Shown here piece after piece: positions 55,258-64,000 of a DNA stretch of 64,000 bases; position 1 is the first letter of the stretch, and every line of letters starts with the position of its first letter. The stretch spans positions 26,883-90,882 of the IMG/VR virus record IMGVR_UViG_3300005253_000031; one strand, written 5' to 3'. The notes under the pieces are model-generated. The model did no database searches. It saw only the letters and a program-made list of their open reading frames with translations, and was not told the origin of the DNA. Source of the stretch: a virus. A program made the position numbers and the translations under genes.

Positions 55258-56703
55258 TTAGGTTAAGTTAACACCATCGCTGAGATCTGTTACTTTTCCT
55301 TGAGCTCTAAAGTTATAACAACGTAAGTTAGCGCTCGTTAAGAAAATTGCTTTAATCCCAAGCATATTATTATGTATATAGTCTCTCGACTCTAGATACT
55401 GCGTGGTAAACAGGACTGGTACCTCCAGATACCTTGTGTCCAGCACTAGGAAGTCCGTGCCCCGTATGCCATCGTCTCCGGCCGCCAACGTCCACACAGG
55501 TGGGGTATCTACGTCCGTGAACAGAGGAATCTTCTTGTAGGTGCTTACCTCGAAGCCGGTTTCGTATCCAGGAAGGGTAGCCTCGCCGCCCATCTTCACC
55601 TGGAACTTGCCCTCGCTCATAAAGTGCTGGTTGGCTTGCAGGATCGTACCTAGACGAACCTCCTGCTCAACGCCAGTTACAAACAGGTCGGGCTCAAAGC
55701 CGTTCTGTCGAATGTTTTGCACCACTCGGTCGATCTGGGACGTGGCCAGATGCCTCAGGGTTCCACTGTTGCCGTTGATGTTGCCCGCGGCATTCCATCC
55801 ACCAGCAGTCCTGGCCCCGAAGGTCAAGCTACCGTACAGCGGACCATTGGAAATAGCTACGCCGTTAACGGTCCTACCGTCCTGGTTGATTACATCGTCA
55901 ATGCTCCACATACCCCCGCGACTGCGGGTATAGATTACGGCATCTGCATCTGGATCTCCGCCGGAGGTAGCGGTTGCCGTAATGGTATCACCTGAAATGG
56001 AGGTTACCGTGGTGAAAATACCCGTGGCCTCGTTAGCCCCCGAGTTGGCCGTGGAGTGAAAAACGTCTCCGATTCCGATATACGCTCCACCACCAGTGCC
56101 CACATCGAAGGAAGCAGCACCGTTGTCCGTGATTACCCGTTGGGCGGCTGGATAAAGGAGTTGCTGGTTGAGGTTCTTCAGATGGTCGACTTCGGAAGAC
56201 TCCTGCTCAACTGCCAACGCGTCCCCAAGACCGCCCTCAAGGGTAGCGAGGAACTGGGCTAGAGCGGAGACGCCCATGGAGGTTACTATAAACGAAGGCT
56301 GTACCTGAACCGTTTGCAGGTCCGGGGAGTCAATCGTAGGAAGTGCTGAGGTTTCACCCACGCCCTGGGTAGAGGCGTTTCGTCCGGAACGGATCCTCCA
56401 ACCTGTAGTAGGGCCCCAGGCCACCTTCCTCAACAGATTGAAAAATCGGGTTTGGCTGTTCAGGGAATCCCACACCTTAGCACCGAAGGTGTTGGTGAAG
56501 AAGTCCGACTGAACTAGCGTGTCGCCCGCGCCAGTGATATCCTTACGCAAGAGAGCGCCAGGACCAAAGTATCCGTACTGGGCGGTGCGTTGACTGCCCG
56601 GTGTAGTCGCCAGCCAATCTGCCAGAGTTGCTGGCTGAAAGCCTATGCTCTTACTCGTGTTGGCGGCATAGGAACCTGTGTTGTACAAACTGTCCTGAGT
56701 CAT
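55258..56703 (-). CDS. Major capsid protein (HK97 fold)
   Basis: 481 aa directly after the scaffold; FGAKVWDSLN, GVGETSALP, YKKIPLFTD, LVLDTRYL, QGKVTDL are typical MCP elements. Confidence 0.8.
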   Translation of the reverse strand: MTQDSLYNTGSYAANTSKSIGFQPATLADWLATTPGSQRTAQYGYFGPGALLRKDITGAGDTLVQSDFFTNTFGAKVWDSLNSQTRFFNLLRKVAWGPTTGWRIRSGRNASTQGVGETSALPTIDSPDLQTVQVQPSFIVTSMGVSALAQFLATLEGGLGDALAVEQESSEVDHLKNLNQQLLYPAAQRVITDNGAASFDVGTGGGAYIGIGDVFHSTANSGANEATGIFTTVTSISGDTITATATSGGDPDADAVIYTRSRGGMWSIDDVINQDGRTVNGVAISNGPLYGSLTFGARTAGGWNAAGNINGNSGTLRHLATSQIDRVVQNIRQNGFEPDLFVTGVEQEVRLGTILQANQHFMSEGKFQVKMGGEATLPGYETGFEVSTYKKIPLFTDVDTPPVWTLAAGDDGIRGTDFLVLDTRYLEVPVLFTTQYLESRDYIHNNMLGIKAIFLTSANLRCYNFRAQGKVTDLSDGVNLT

Positions 56704-56736
56704 AATCTCATATACCTCTCTTGTGTTCTCGTTTAT

Positions 56737-57396
56737 TTAGAAAATTCGGTCGGAGAGATCCCCAACCTGCGTCCTAAATCGATTAAGTTCCTTAAATGAC
56801 TTGCCCTTTGCAGCTTCCTGCATCTCACGGGTCAACTGAGGCTGGGCCCCGTTAGGGATCCGAGTCTCACCGCCGCTAGCAGGAACAACACCCTTGGCAA
56901 TAACCTGAGAGCCAGACAAACCCTCAACTACCTTGGACAGCTTGGCAATCTGCTTCAGCATTGCGCTGTAGGACATTCCGCCAGGTCCAAAAGTCTCTTC
57001 GTCCTTGTCTCCGGCTTGGTCGCCAGCGGGAGAGGGTTCATTGCCCTCGATTGCAGTGTCCTTCTCGTCCCACTTAGAGTCTTCCTCCGAAGAGGCCTGC
57101 TCGGCAGCATCGGCGTAACCCTTCTTAGTTCTAAAGCTCTTACGCATCCGGGCGAGATACATGTCCTCGTCCTCGTTGTCATAGGGCATCATGTCGTCAT
57201 TACCATTGATGGCGTCCATATCGCTATTGGGACCGTTCTTCTCGATGTCGGGCAAATCCTCTTCCTCTCGGGGCATATCCTCCGGGTAATCCGCTTCCTT
57301 GTAGACATCCTTTGCCATGTTCAGGACGTGGCCTGTAAGCTGTCGCAACGAATCGTGGACAGTTTCCAGCGTAATGGTTTTCTCGTTCTCAGGCAT
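56737..57396 (-). CDS. Scaffolding protein
   Basis: Very acidic, low complexity; between the protease and MCP genes. Confidence 0.6.
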   Translation of the reverse strand: MPENEKTITLETVHDSLRQLTGHVLNMAKDVYKEADYPEDMPREEEDLPDIEKNGPNSDMDAINGNDDMMPYDNEDEDMYLARMRKSFRTKKGYADAAEQASSEEDSKWDEKDTAIEGNEPSPAGDQAGDKDEETFGPGGMSYSAMLKQIAKLSKVVEGLSGSQVIAKGVVPASGGETRIPNGAQPQLTREMQEAAKGKSFKELNRFRTQVGDLSDRIF

Positions 57397-57492
57397 TGGT
57401 TTCCTCCATACCCCGTCCAGAGGGGCTATTTATAATCTGTAGTTATATATTACTATCTATTTGGTTATACGTAAATACGTAAAACACGGTTT

Positions 57493-57645
57493 TTACCGCG
57501 TTGGTTGCTGTTCCTCCCCGCTTTCGTCAACACGCACGATAGCCAAGCCCCATTTACTGCTTCCAAACGTCAGCAGCCAAATGCTGATTACGTTACGAAC
57601 CTTCACCTTGCTCATCCACTGGTCTGTGAATCCCCACTTGATCAC
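57493..57645 (-). CDS. 50-aa hypothetical protein
   Basis: GTG start with GGAGGT SD and TATAAT upstream; hand translation MIKWGFTDQWMSKVKVRNVISIWLL... Confidence 0.45.
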   Translation of the reverse strand: MIKWGFTDQWMSKVKVRNVISIWLLTFGSSKWGLAIVRVDESGEEQQPTR

Positions 57646-57684
57646 TGTTAACCTCCGGTTATTATATCGATAACCTAAACTGTA

Positions 57685-57713
57685 TTGCTATTGGTTGCTA
57701 GATGTAGTAATAT
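57685..57713 (+). promoter_or_regulatory. Sigma70-like promoter for the plus-strand cassette
   Basis: TTGCTA-17 nt-TAATAT, followed by SD AAGGGAG before ATG 57748. Confidence 0.55.
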
Positions 57714-57747
57714 GAGTATGTAAGGAAAATACAAGGGAGTTACACAG

Positions 57748-58062
57748 ATGAAAATCAATTACTACAAACGAGTGCGGGCCAGTAGGGCGGGTTGCTTGAT
57801 GTCAACGGTATGTTCGTACTGTTATGTAAGTGGCAAGCGTATCGCCTTCTTCGGAGAATCCCCTAATGGGGGAGTAGTCAACGGGCCTCGTGAAATCGAC
57901 CGCGAGTTTGGAAAGCGAATCTGGAAGGCTGCGCAGAAGCACCTACGCACCGAACATAACAAAGAAATGGTTAAAAACCGTCTTGGTAGCTGGATAGTTA
58001 CCAAGACCAAACCCCAATCAGATATGGGAGTAGAACATGAAGTCGACGAGTTTGGAGCGTAA
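57748..58062 (+). CDS. Hypothetical protein (C2H2-like)
   Basis: SD AAGGGAG; CSYC...HLRTEH. Confidence 0.55.
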   Translation: MKINYYKRVRASRAGCLMSTVCSYCYVSGKRIAFFGESPNGGVVNGPREIDREFGKRIWKAAQKHLRTEHNKEMVKNRLGSWIVTKTKPQSDMGVEHEVDEFGA

Positions 58063-58134
58063 TATGGATAACAAACTGAAAAACACCTTCTTCGCCTTCC
58101 TAGGCTCAATGGGCATGTTCGCCCTACTGATTCA

Positions 58135-58365
58135 ATGCGGAACGTAGTGCTACGGAGCATCGAGGTCCTTACTCACCTAATGGTCCTCGAACTCCTAATC
58201 ATTTTGGGGTTTGACATGATACAACGACTGGTTCTAATGTCCGCCTATCCCCTGTTCACGTTTTTCCAGGCGGCACCCGAAGGGGTATACGTGGTACTAC
58301 TCCTGGGCTCTGCGGTATTCCTGGGTCTCATGCGAATCGCTCTAAGGGGAGTATCATTCCGATGA
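58135..58365 (+). CDS. Small membrane protein
   Basis: Two hydrophobic segments; tiles in the plus-strand cassette. Confidence 0.45.
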   Translation: MRNVVLRSIEVLTHLMVLELLIILGFDMIQRLVLMSAYPLFTFFQAAPEGVYVVLLLGSAVFLGLMRIALRGVSFR

Positions 58366-58487
58366 AACGTGTATGCGCCTGGTGCAACAAGGACATGGGC
58401 GTAAAGGAGCCCCTAGACAACAAGGGAGAAACCCACGGCATATGTCCGCCGTGCAAGGAAAAGTTCACCAAAGGAGTTAGAAAATGA
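58362..58487 (+). CDS. 41-aa Zn-finger protein
   Basis: MKRVCAWCNKDMGVKEPLDNKGETHGICPPCKEK; ATGA overlaps at both ends. Confidence 0.6.
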   Translation: MKRVCAWCNKDMGVKEPLDNKGETHGICPPCKEKFTKGVRK

Positions 58488-58771
58488 GCAATGACACGTT
58501 TAATAGAAACAGAAAATTCCTGTGCTCTCTGTGCGGAGTTAGTTACACACAAGACGAGGGCCACGACTATCGTCAATGTGTCACTCGACTCGAGGACCGG
58601 ATCGCCAACTCCAAGGAAATCATCGAGCGCTCGGAGTACAGTCTCATAAAGGCGCTTGAACATCTGGAGAAGCAGAAGAATGGCATCAAGGGCTTTGCAT
58701 TCCCGCCAGATATCAGTACCCGCGGATGGCGAAAAGCGCAAGCGCGGGGCAACGACAGTTATCCACTTTAG
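58484..58771 (+). CDS. Hypothetical protein with CxxC...H...C motif and coiled coil
   Basis: SD AAGGAG; ATGA overlap. Confidence 0.55.
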   Translation: MSNDTFNRNRKFLCSLCGVSYTQDEGHDYRQCVTRLEDRIANSKEIIERSEYSLIKALEHLEKQKNGIKGFAFPPDISTRGWRKAQARGNDSYPL

Positions 58772-58813
58772 ATCATCGACAGCCCTTATCATATTACGGG
58801 GCTTGCATTTCTG

Positions 58814-58849
58814 GGCCCCTATGTATCTAAGCATAGGGGCCTTTTCTTT
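58814..58849 (+). terminator. Intrinsic terminator of the plus-strand cassette
   Basis: GGCCCCTATG-tatctaag-CATAGGGGCC-TTTTCTTT, a perfect 10-bp stem. Confidence 0.85.
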
Positions 58850-58859
58850 GCCCTCCGTG

Positions 58860-61800
58860 TCACCTAGTCGTTCTGACTCGACTCTGCTTACGTTGGATAA
58901 GGGGCAATCCAAAGTATGTTCCGGCCTTCAGAGCCTTGGCAATGATATCGAACTTGGCATCTTGATTTACCCCCTCTTCGCATAGAGTTATCTCAAGTAG
59001 CTGAAGTTGGCCTATATCAAAAAAACATTTATCTCCCTCACATATCCACTGTGGATTAGAGGCATTGCCACTAATACTGAAACTCTTCAATTTACCCGAT
59101 TCTATATCGTCTATGACCTGCTTACAAACTTCCGGCGCAGCTTCGTCTGTGCGGACCTCGGCAATTACAAATAACCCCACGTCATCTACCTTGGTCTTAT
59201 ATATTTTACCGTCGGGGGCCGTAAACTCGGGTAAAATTTTACCTACCGTTACATTGGTATTGTGATACACTATTCCGTTGCCCACATAGGAATGATCCTC
59301 ATCGATATTGAGACAATAGGTCCACCCCTTATATAGAACACGTTGGACATCAAGAATCTTTACTCCGTTGGCCAAAACCATCTCACGAATCAACTTATCG
59401 TCGGATCGAGTTTTCTTAGAATGGCACGATGGACAAAGAGCCTGTAAATTCTCCAGTCTATCGTCGCTTTTAACATTGTTTATGTGGTCGACATGTAGTC
59501 CAGAATGATAGTTGTTATTTTGTAGTACCTCTCCATTTGTAATTCCACAACGTACACATGCATGGCCATCACGCTTCAATATCTCTCGACGAGTTTTATA
59601 AAAACTCCAATTATACTCTCCACCGCTACGGCCACCACGCCAATTGGGGTGTTTCTCTCCCCGCCATTGTTTATGTTTCTCACTCTTAGCGGCCGCTTTT
59701 TCCTCCCCATATACCTCGGCCCACGTCTTTCCACGACGTTGCTCAGCGGTAATTCGTGCTGCTTCTCCCGACGTAACTTTATTTGGCCCCGGCTTCCACC
59801 AATGTTTTCGACCCACATGGGCTTTCCTAATCTTTTCTTTCGTTTCTGTACTTTGCGGCCCACGCGGTCGAGCATGCATCAAGACGTGTTGCACTGTAAG
59901 CTGACCCGCTTCGATCCAACCCGCTGTGGTCAATACCTTATGATCTTTGGTAATCTGTATTGTTACACCATTTGATAGCCTCAACTTAATAAGCTCTTCA
60001 TTCTTCCAAAACTTGGCCACTTTGTTTACCGTTTGTTTTCGTCCTTTATGTGTATAAACGCTGTCACCTTCCTCAATTTCATCAATTCTCTTAAAAGTTT
60101 TGTATTCTCCGGGTCCTCCTCTCTTAATCAATACCCCGGTTTCGGGGACCAAACAATGCATTATATTTACATTTGCATAACGTCCATCCTCGGCCAAAAA
60201 ACGGGGTAAGTCATCCGCTAAGGTCTTATGCCCGATGCGATGCCCCTCAAGATCAATCATCACGGGCGAGGCGTAACCCGCCACCACAAAACGATTTTCT
60301 CGGGCCTTACCCGTGTACTGCTTGGATAACACCTGCATGTCGTATTGCGCCGGAGCTTCGACTGCTTTTACTATACGTAGTTCTCTGGGACTCGTTTTTT
60401 CGTTTTTTCGTTGAATCCTCCGCGCGCTTCCACCTACTGGCGTGTGCACATCCGAGCCTACCATGCTGTCCCCAGGCCCCGCTATTCCCCTACCGCCGTC
60501 TCCTTCCTTCTCCATTGGAGGATTTCCGTCGTCATGACCAAAAGGTCTCTCTCTCCCGCCCTCTGCCTGATGTGAGATACCTTCAGATACCCTGTTAATA
60601 ACCCTCATACGCTCATAGGCGTGGCCCGAATTTACGTTAGAAGCAGTGGTGTGCTTGTCTATCTCTTCCTGATCATCTAGTTCATCAATCATTTCGTCCT
60701 CTTGATAGTAATCCTTGTCCACCTTGGTATTCGCGGAAACATGTTCCAATACTGTTACACCACTTATCTGCTTCACCTTAAACTTGGCGTTACGTGGTAG
60801 AATTAGCTCATATTCATTAGGATGACCCAATCCAAACTTGGTCCCCTTTGGCAACAATATCTGTATTGACGTGCCGAACTCTCGAGCCGTCTGCGCCAGT
60901 AACGAGGTGCTGGTAAATCCAGGATCGCTTATTACCTCACCATTCACCATGTCCTCTAGATCCATTCCGCCCCGGAAAACCAACATAGGTTCGGGAAGCT
61001 CTCGTTTTGACACGGCGGCATCAAGTATAGCTACATCCTCTGGTTTTCCTCCGCTCCTCAACTCATCGTTTATCTCCTCGAACAAAGATCCTGAGTACGT
61101 GTTTAACGCAGCTTGCTCATCGTGTGTTATTGTATCCCCAGTTTCTTTCAGTAGTTCATTGTATGTATGGTTCGCCGTAGTCGGACTTCGGTGAATTACC
61201 ATTTCTCCACCAAATGAGGGATGCTCTATTTGCCGTCTGCGCCACCTGCTAGTTTCAGCATGCCATTCTAATCCAGGCCTTGGAGGAGGTCCCGGCGGAC
61301 CTTGCTTGTGTATTGTCTTAATCCAGTCGTTGGCTCCCTTGCCTGCCATATCGTGCGCGGCCATCTCGGGGTCTGGGTCCTCGCCGAATATGACTTCCCC
61401 TTTACCCGCGTTTGGCCCTACGGCTTCCTGTTGAACTGCCTTGCTCACCTGCAATATAGGCAATCGCTCGCACCTACATCCCAGATGTGTATCTGTTATC
61501 GGACGTGGCCCTTCTCCCATCTTGAAGCGCCTACCGCTAAGTCGCTTACATATGTCGTCTACCTTGGCGTCCTTCTCGGTGCTCCAAAACTCCTCGTCAA
61601 TTCCCGCTACTTGATACACTAATAGGTTACCGATGTCGTTGAGCTTGCTGGCCTCGTTGGCTGCTATGCGTTCGGCTCGATCTCGATTGAACAACGTAAA
61701 AGCCCGCTGAGATAGCTCCGGCTCCTTAACGTCCTTTAAGTCGTACATTTTGCCCGCCGTTGCGTTGCGGATATGACTGTACCATTGTCTCGTAAACTTC

Positions 61801-62585
61801 TTGGCGGCCTTATCCGCTATGTCTGCTATATCCGTCGGTTTAACCCCGAGTTGCTTATGCCTGCTGGCTGCTCGTACAATAGCTCGTCTTGCGTAGAACT
61901 CCATGGGTTCCTTCATCAATTTCTCGAAGCCGGTCCAGAACGTCGGTTTGTTCACCAGGTCCTCTAGTCCCTGGGCGCGTGCAAGATCCCACCCATCCCT
62001 TAAGGCCCTCTGCATCACCGAGGTCATGGCGCCCTCTAGTGGCATGGCTTTGAGTAGATTCACGAACATGCGGGTTAACGATGGCCGATCGTTGGGGGAC
62101 AGATGGGTGTCCCAGCGTGTGTTAGCCTTGTCTTCGGTCTCCTCTTCGTATATCTCGTCGTCAGACAGGTACTCTCCGCCATGCTCTGAGGGAAGCGGGG
62201 TCCCGTACGCAGCAGGTATGTTGTCTTTCAGCACCCCGATCTCCTCCTGGTATGCTGGGTTGGGCTCCTCTACATCGGAGGCATCTCCTATAACATCATC
62301 ACTGCCGACGAATCGTGTGCGCCGTTGCTGTACATCTCGAGGGCCCCAGTCTGCGCCCCCCTTATTACGTACTCGTCTAGTAGTCCCAGAGTCAACAGTC
62401 GAAAGAGGTGCCGCAAAAGCCCCTTTCCCATCTCCATGGGCGGAGGCCCTGGACACCTGCTCGTTTATGGCAGCGAGGTTTCGACCTATCTGTAGTGCAC
62501 CCTCAATGGTGTCTGGGTCGAATCCCCTCTCTATAGCTTGTTCCGTTGCTATTTCCTGGTCGCTTTGCTTATGAATTACCTTCAT
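58860..62585 (-). CDS. Head polyprotein: MuF/gp7-like domain, ADP-ribosyltransferase, and HK97-type prohead protease with intein
   Basis: MuF: ERIAANE...W...D.KVDDIC...HLGCRC. ART: YSG...INDELR...VFRG...FTSTS...EYELILPR. Protease: VVAGYAS...IDLEG...MH[intein]...IESGKLKSFSISG...LLEITL...VNQDAKF. Confidence 0.88.
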   Translation of the reverse strand: MKVIHKQSDQEIATEQAIERGFDPDTIEGALQIGRNLAAINEQVSRASAHGDGKGAFAAPLSTVDSGTTRRVRNKGGADWGPRDVQQRRTRFVGSDDVIGDASDVEEPNPAYQEEIGVLKDNIPAAYGTPLPSEHGGEYLSDDEIYEEETEDKANTRWDTHLSPNDRPSLTRMFVNLLKAMPLEGAMTSVMQRALRDGWDLARAQGLEDLVNKPTFWTGFEKLMKEPMEFYARRAIVRAASRHKQLGVKPTDIADIADKAAKKFTRQWYSHIRNATAGKMYDLKDVKEPELSQRAFTLFNRDRAERIAANEASKLNDIGNLLVYQVAGIDEEFWSTEKDAKVDDICKRLSGRRFKMGEGPRPITDTHLGCRCERLPILQVSKAVQQEAVGPNAGKGEVIFGEDPDPEMAAHDMAGKGANDWIKTIHKQGPPGPPPRPGLEWHAETSRWRRRQIEHPSFGGEMVIHRSPTTANHTYNELLKETGDTITHDEQAALNTYSGSLFEEINDELRSGGKPEDVAILDAAVSKRELPEPMLVFRGGMDLEDMVNGEVISDPGFTSTSLLAQTAREFGTSIQILLPKGTKFGLGHPNEYELILPRNAKFKVKQISGVTVLEHVSANTKVDKDYYQEDEMIDELDDQEEIDKHTTASNVNSGHAYERMRVINRVSEGISHQAEGGRERPFGHDDGNPPMEKEGDGGRGIAGPGDSMVGSDVHTPVGGSARRIQRKNEKTSPRELRIVKAVEAPAQYDMQVLSKQYTGKARENRFVVAGYASPVMIDLEGHRIGHKTLADDLPRFLAEDGRYANVNIMHCLVPETGVLIKRGGPGEYKTFKRIDEIEEGDSVYTHKGRKQTVNKVAKFWKNEELIKLRLSNGVTIQITKDHKVLTTAGWIEAGQLTVQHVLMHARPRGPQSTETKEKIRKAHVGRKHWWKPGPNKVTSGEAARITAEQRRGKTWAEVYGEEKAAAKSEKHKQWRGEKHPNWRGGRSGGEYNWSFYKTRREILKRDGHACVRCGITNGEVLQNNNYHSGLHVDHINNVKSDDRLENLQALCPSCHSKKTRSDDKLIREMVLANGVKILDVQRVLYKGWTYCLNIDEDHSYVGNGIVYHNTNVTVGKILPEFTAPDGKIYKTKVDDVGLFVIAEVRTDEAAPEVCKQVIDDIESGKLKSFSISGNASNPQWICEGDKCFFDIGQLQLLEITLCEEGVNQDAKFDIIAKALKAGTYFGLPLIQRKQSRVRTTR
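59259..60155 (-). mobile_element. Intein (299 aa) with HNH endonuclease, in the prohead protease
   Basis: Starts CLVPETGVL, has TKDHKVL block B, ends HSYVGNGIVYHN, then Thr +1; internal CVRCG...HVDHINNVKSDDRLENLQALCPSCH. Confidence 0.92.
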
Positions 62586-62942
62586 TTCTCATTGCTTACC
62601 TCCAGGTAAGTCTATCAAATATGGTGTTATAGGTAAACCGGACTACTTGTACGGCCGATACTTATAGTGAACATGTGGGTTAGCCCGACAAATCCAAATA
62701 CACTCTGTATGTACTAGATCTAAATGACAGGCCTGCCATTTGTGTCTATGAAAAGGCCATATTCTCATCCTCGGTATCTCCTTTTATCCATTAGTTGCTC
62801 CACATACCACACAGAAGTGGTTTGGCGTAAATACATGTTCATGTTTCGAACCTACATAAACACGAAAACTGCCCCCATTCCTATTCTGGTCTCTAATTTC
62901 CTCTAGTTTATGTATGAGTTCATTTACGAACATTTTCGTCTC

Positions 62943-63260
62943 CTATACAAACAGGTTATCTAGATCGTAATGCTCTTCCTCTACCGGCTGTTTCGTATTC
63001 TTTTCTATCAAGTACGTAATGGCGTCGCGTAGCTCAGTCATCTGTGTTATTGATCCGTGCATCCAGATCTCTTCTTTGTCGTTTTGGTCCCGAATACCCA
63101 GCCATATCATAGGTTCGATTTGCGCCCTACTCTCGTTACCCACCTGGATCCTATAGGTCGGTATTTTCGCAGCTTCCGGAGTCACGTGCTGTACGCTGCT
63201 GATTCGATCCACGTGTGGATAGTTAACTGCTATTAGAAGTGCTGTGTCTATTGGTGTCAT
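62943..63260 (-). CDS. Hypothetical protein
   Basis: ATG at 63260 with AAGGAG SD. Confidence 0.5.
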   Translation of the reverse strand: MTPIDTALLIAVNYPHVDRISSVQHVTPEAAKIPTYRIQVGNESRAQIEPMIWLGIRDQNDKEEIWMHGSITQMTELRDAITYLIEKNTKQPVEEEHYDLDNLFV

Positions 63261-63363
63261 TTCATGCTCCTTCGTTATACAGGGTGGGAGCACGTCATCT
63301 AGGCATACCCCCACAAGACTAGTATCTCCCAAATACTATCCTATATACATTATACCGCGGATG

Positions 63364-64000
63364 TTAATCTCCAGCGAACTCGGCTACAATATCCCATAGG
63401 TCAACACCTGTAGGGGCCGTTAACCTAATTAAAAACTGCCCCCTGTCGTTTGTGGTAGCCGATAAGCCGTTAACAACTATGAAACGATTGGCCAACGGTG
63501 TCCCGTCCACGGCATCAAGCAAATTACCAGATACGTCAAAAACACTACCCGCCTCGACACGCTCGGGAATAAACACACGTAGTTCACTAGCCCGACGCGA
63601 TTTTGGATCAATTACGATCGTCTTAACTACTCTAACACCTTCATACAACATCTCTTCTTCTCCGTCTCCTACTGCTTCCCCAAAGAACGGGGTATCTAAA
63701 CTTAGGGGTGAACTGAACGCAGCTACGACATTAGCCATCTTGTTGGCCAACGCTACCGTGCTGCTTCCTGCAAAGATCAGCCCGACATTTCTAACCATTC
63801 CGTCGCTGCCCGAGCGATACACCAGAGACCCCGAGTCCCCACCTGCAATTCCCGCACCGTTGCCATCGGCGGCTTGAAACATCAACTGATCGACGAACTC
63901 CCGCACGTCGTCGGGCCCAAAACCTACTTGAATTACTGCTGCATCATCCAACAGTTTCAAGCTGGTCCGGCCCGTAGTGCGGCCATGCTTTTCACAAATG
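63364..64000 (-). CDS. Trypsin-like serine protease with C-terminal Ig-like domain (5'-truncated by window edge)
   Basis: KHGRTTGRT (open to the window end), GGDSGS catalytic Ser motif, VGLIFAGS; C-terminal ATTNDRGQF Ig-like motif. Confidence 0.8.
   Translation of the reverse strand, partial: ICEKHGRTTGRTSLKLLDDAAVIQVGFGPDDVREFVDQLMFQAADGNGAGIAGGDSGSLVYRSGSDGMVRNVGLIFAGSSTVALANKMANVVAAFSSPLSLDTPFFGEAVGDGEEEMLYEGVRVVKTIVIDPKSRRASELRVFIPERVEAGSVFDVSGNLLDAVDGTPLANRFIVVNGLSATTNDRGQFLIRLTAPTGVDLWDIVAEFAGD

Noticed and set aside
58328-58912. 194-aa minus-strand ORF
   Set aside because: Overlaps the better-supported plus-strand cassette (SDs, ATGA overlaps, terminator)
1-64000. tRNA genes, integrase/att sites, alternative genetic code
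   Set aside because: None recognised by eye, and code-11 ORFs tile the genome densely; tRNAscan-SE/ARAGORN would be needed to exclude tRNAs firmly
1-64000. Apparent lack of palindrome avoidance (GGATCC, GAATTC, CTAG are common) as evidence of modified DNA
   Set aside because: Cannot be quantified without k-mer statistics and has other explanations

Overview
This window is most of a tailed dsDNA phage genome (HK97-type capsid, probably siphovirus-like), with almost all genes on the minus strand. In transcription order (right to left) it holds: a partial trypsin-like protease; a 1241-aa MuF/ADP-ribosyltransferase/intein-split prohead protease fusion; an inserted plus-strand cassette; scaffold, major capsid, neck and tail genes with a -1 frameshift chaperone and several homing endonucleases; a hairpin-rich non-coding gap; small early genes; a truncated PPDK-like dikinase next to a CX5R phosphatase; replication genes (RNase H, DnaB, primase, sigma factor, SSB); a roughly 6-kb nucleotide-modification cluster; PolA, RecA and nucleases; two GroES genes; terminase; and an intein-containing portal that runs off the left edge. 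The strongest candidates for undescribed biology are (1) the nucleotide cluster, whose motifs point to a sugar-modified cytosine pathway, (2) the head polyprotein carrying an Arg-type ADP-ribosyltransferase, and (3) the dikinase with an unknown acceptor domain paired with a phosphatase. No integrase, tRNA, rRNA, CRISPR array or clear endolysin was seen. All functional calls come from motif recognition by eye; no database search was run.
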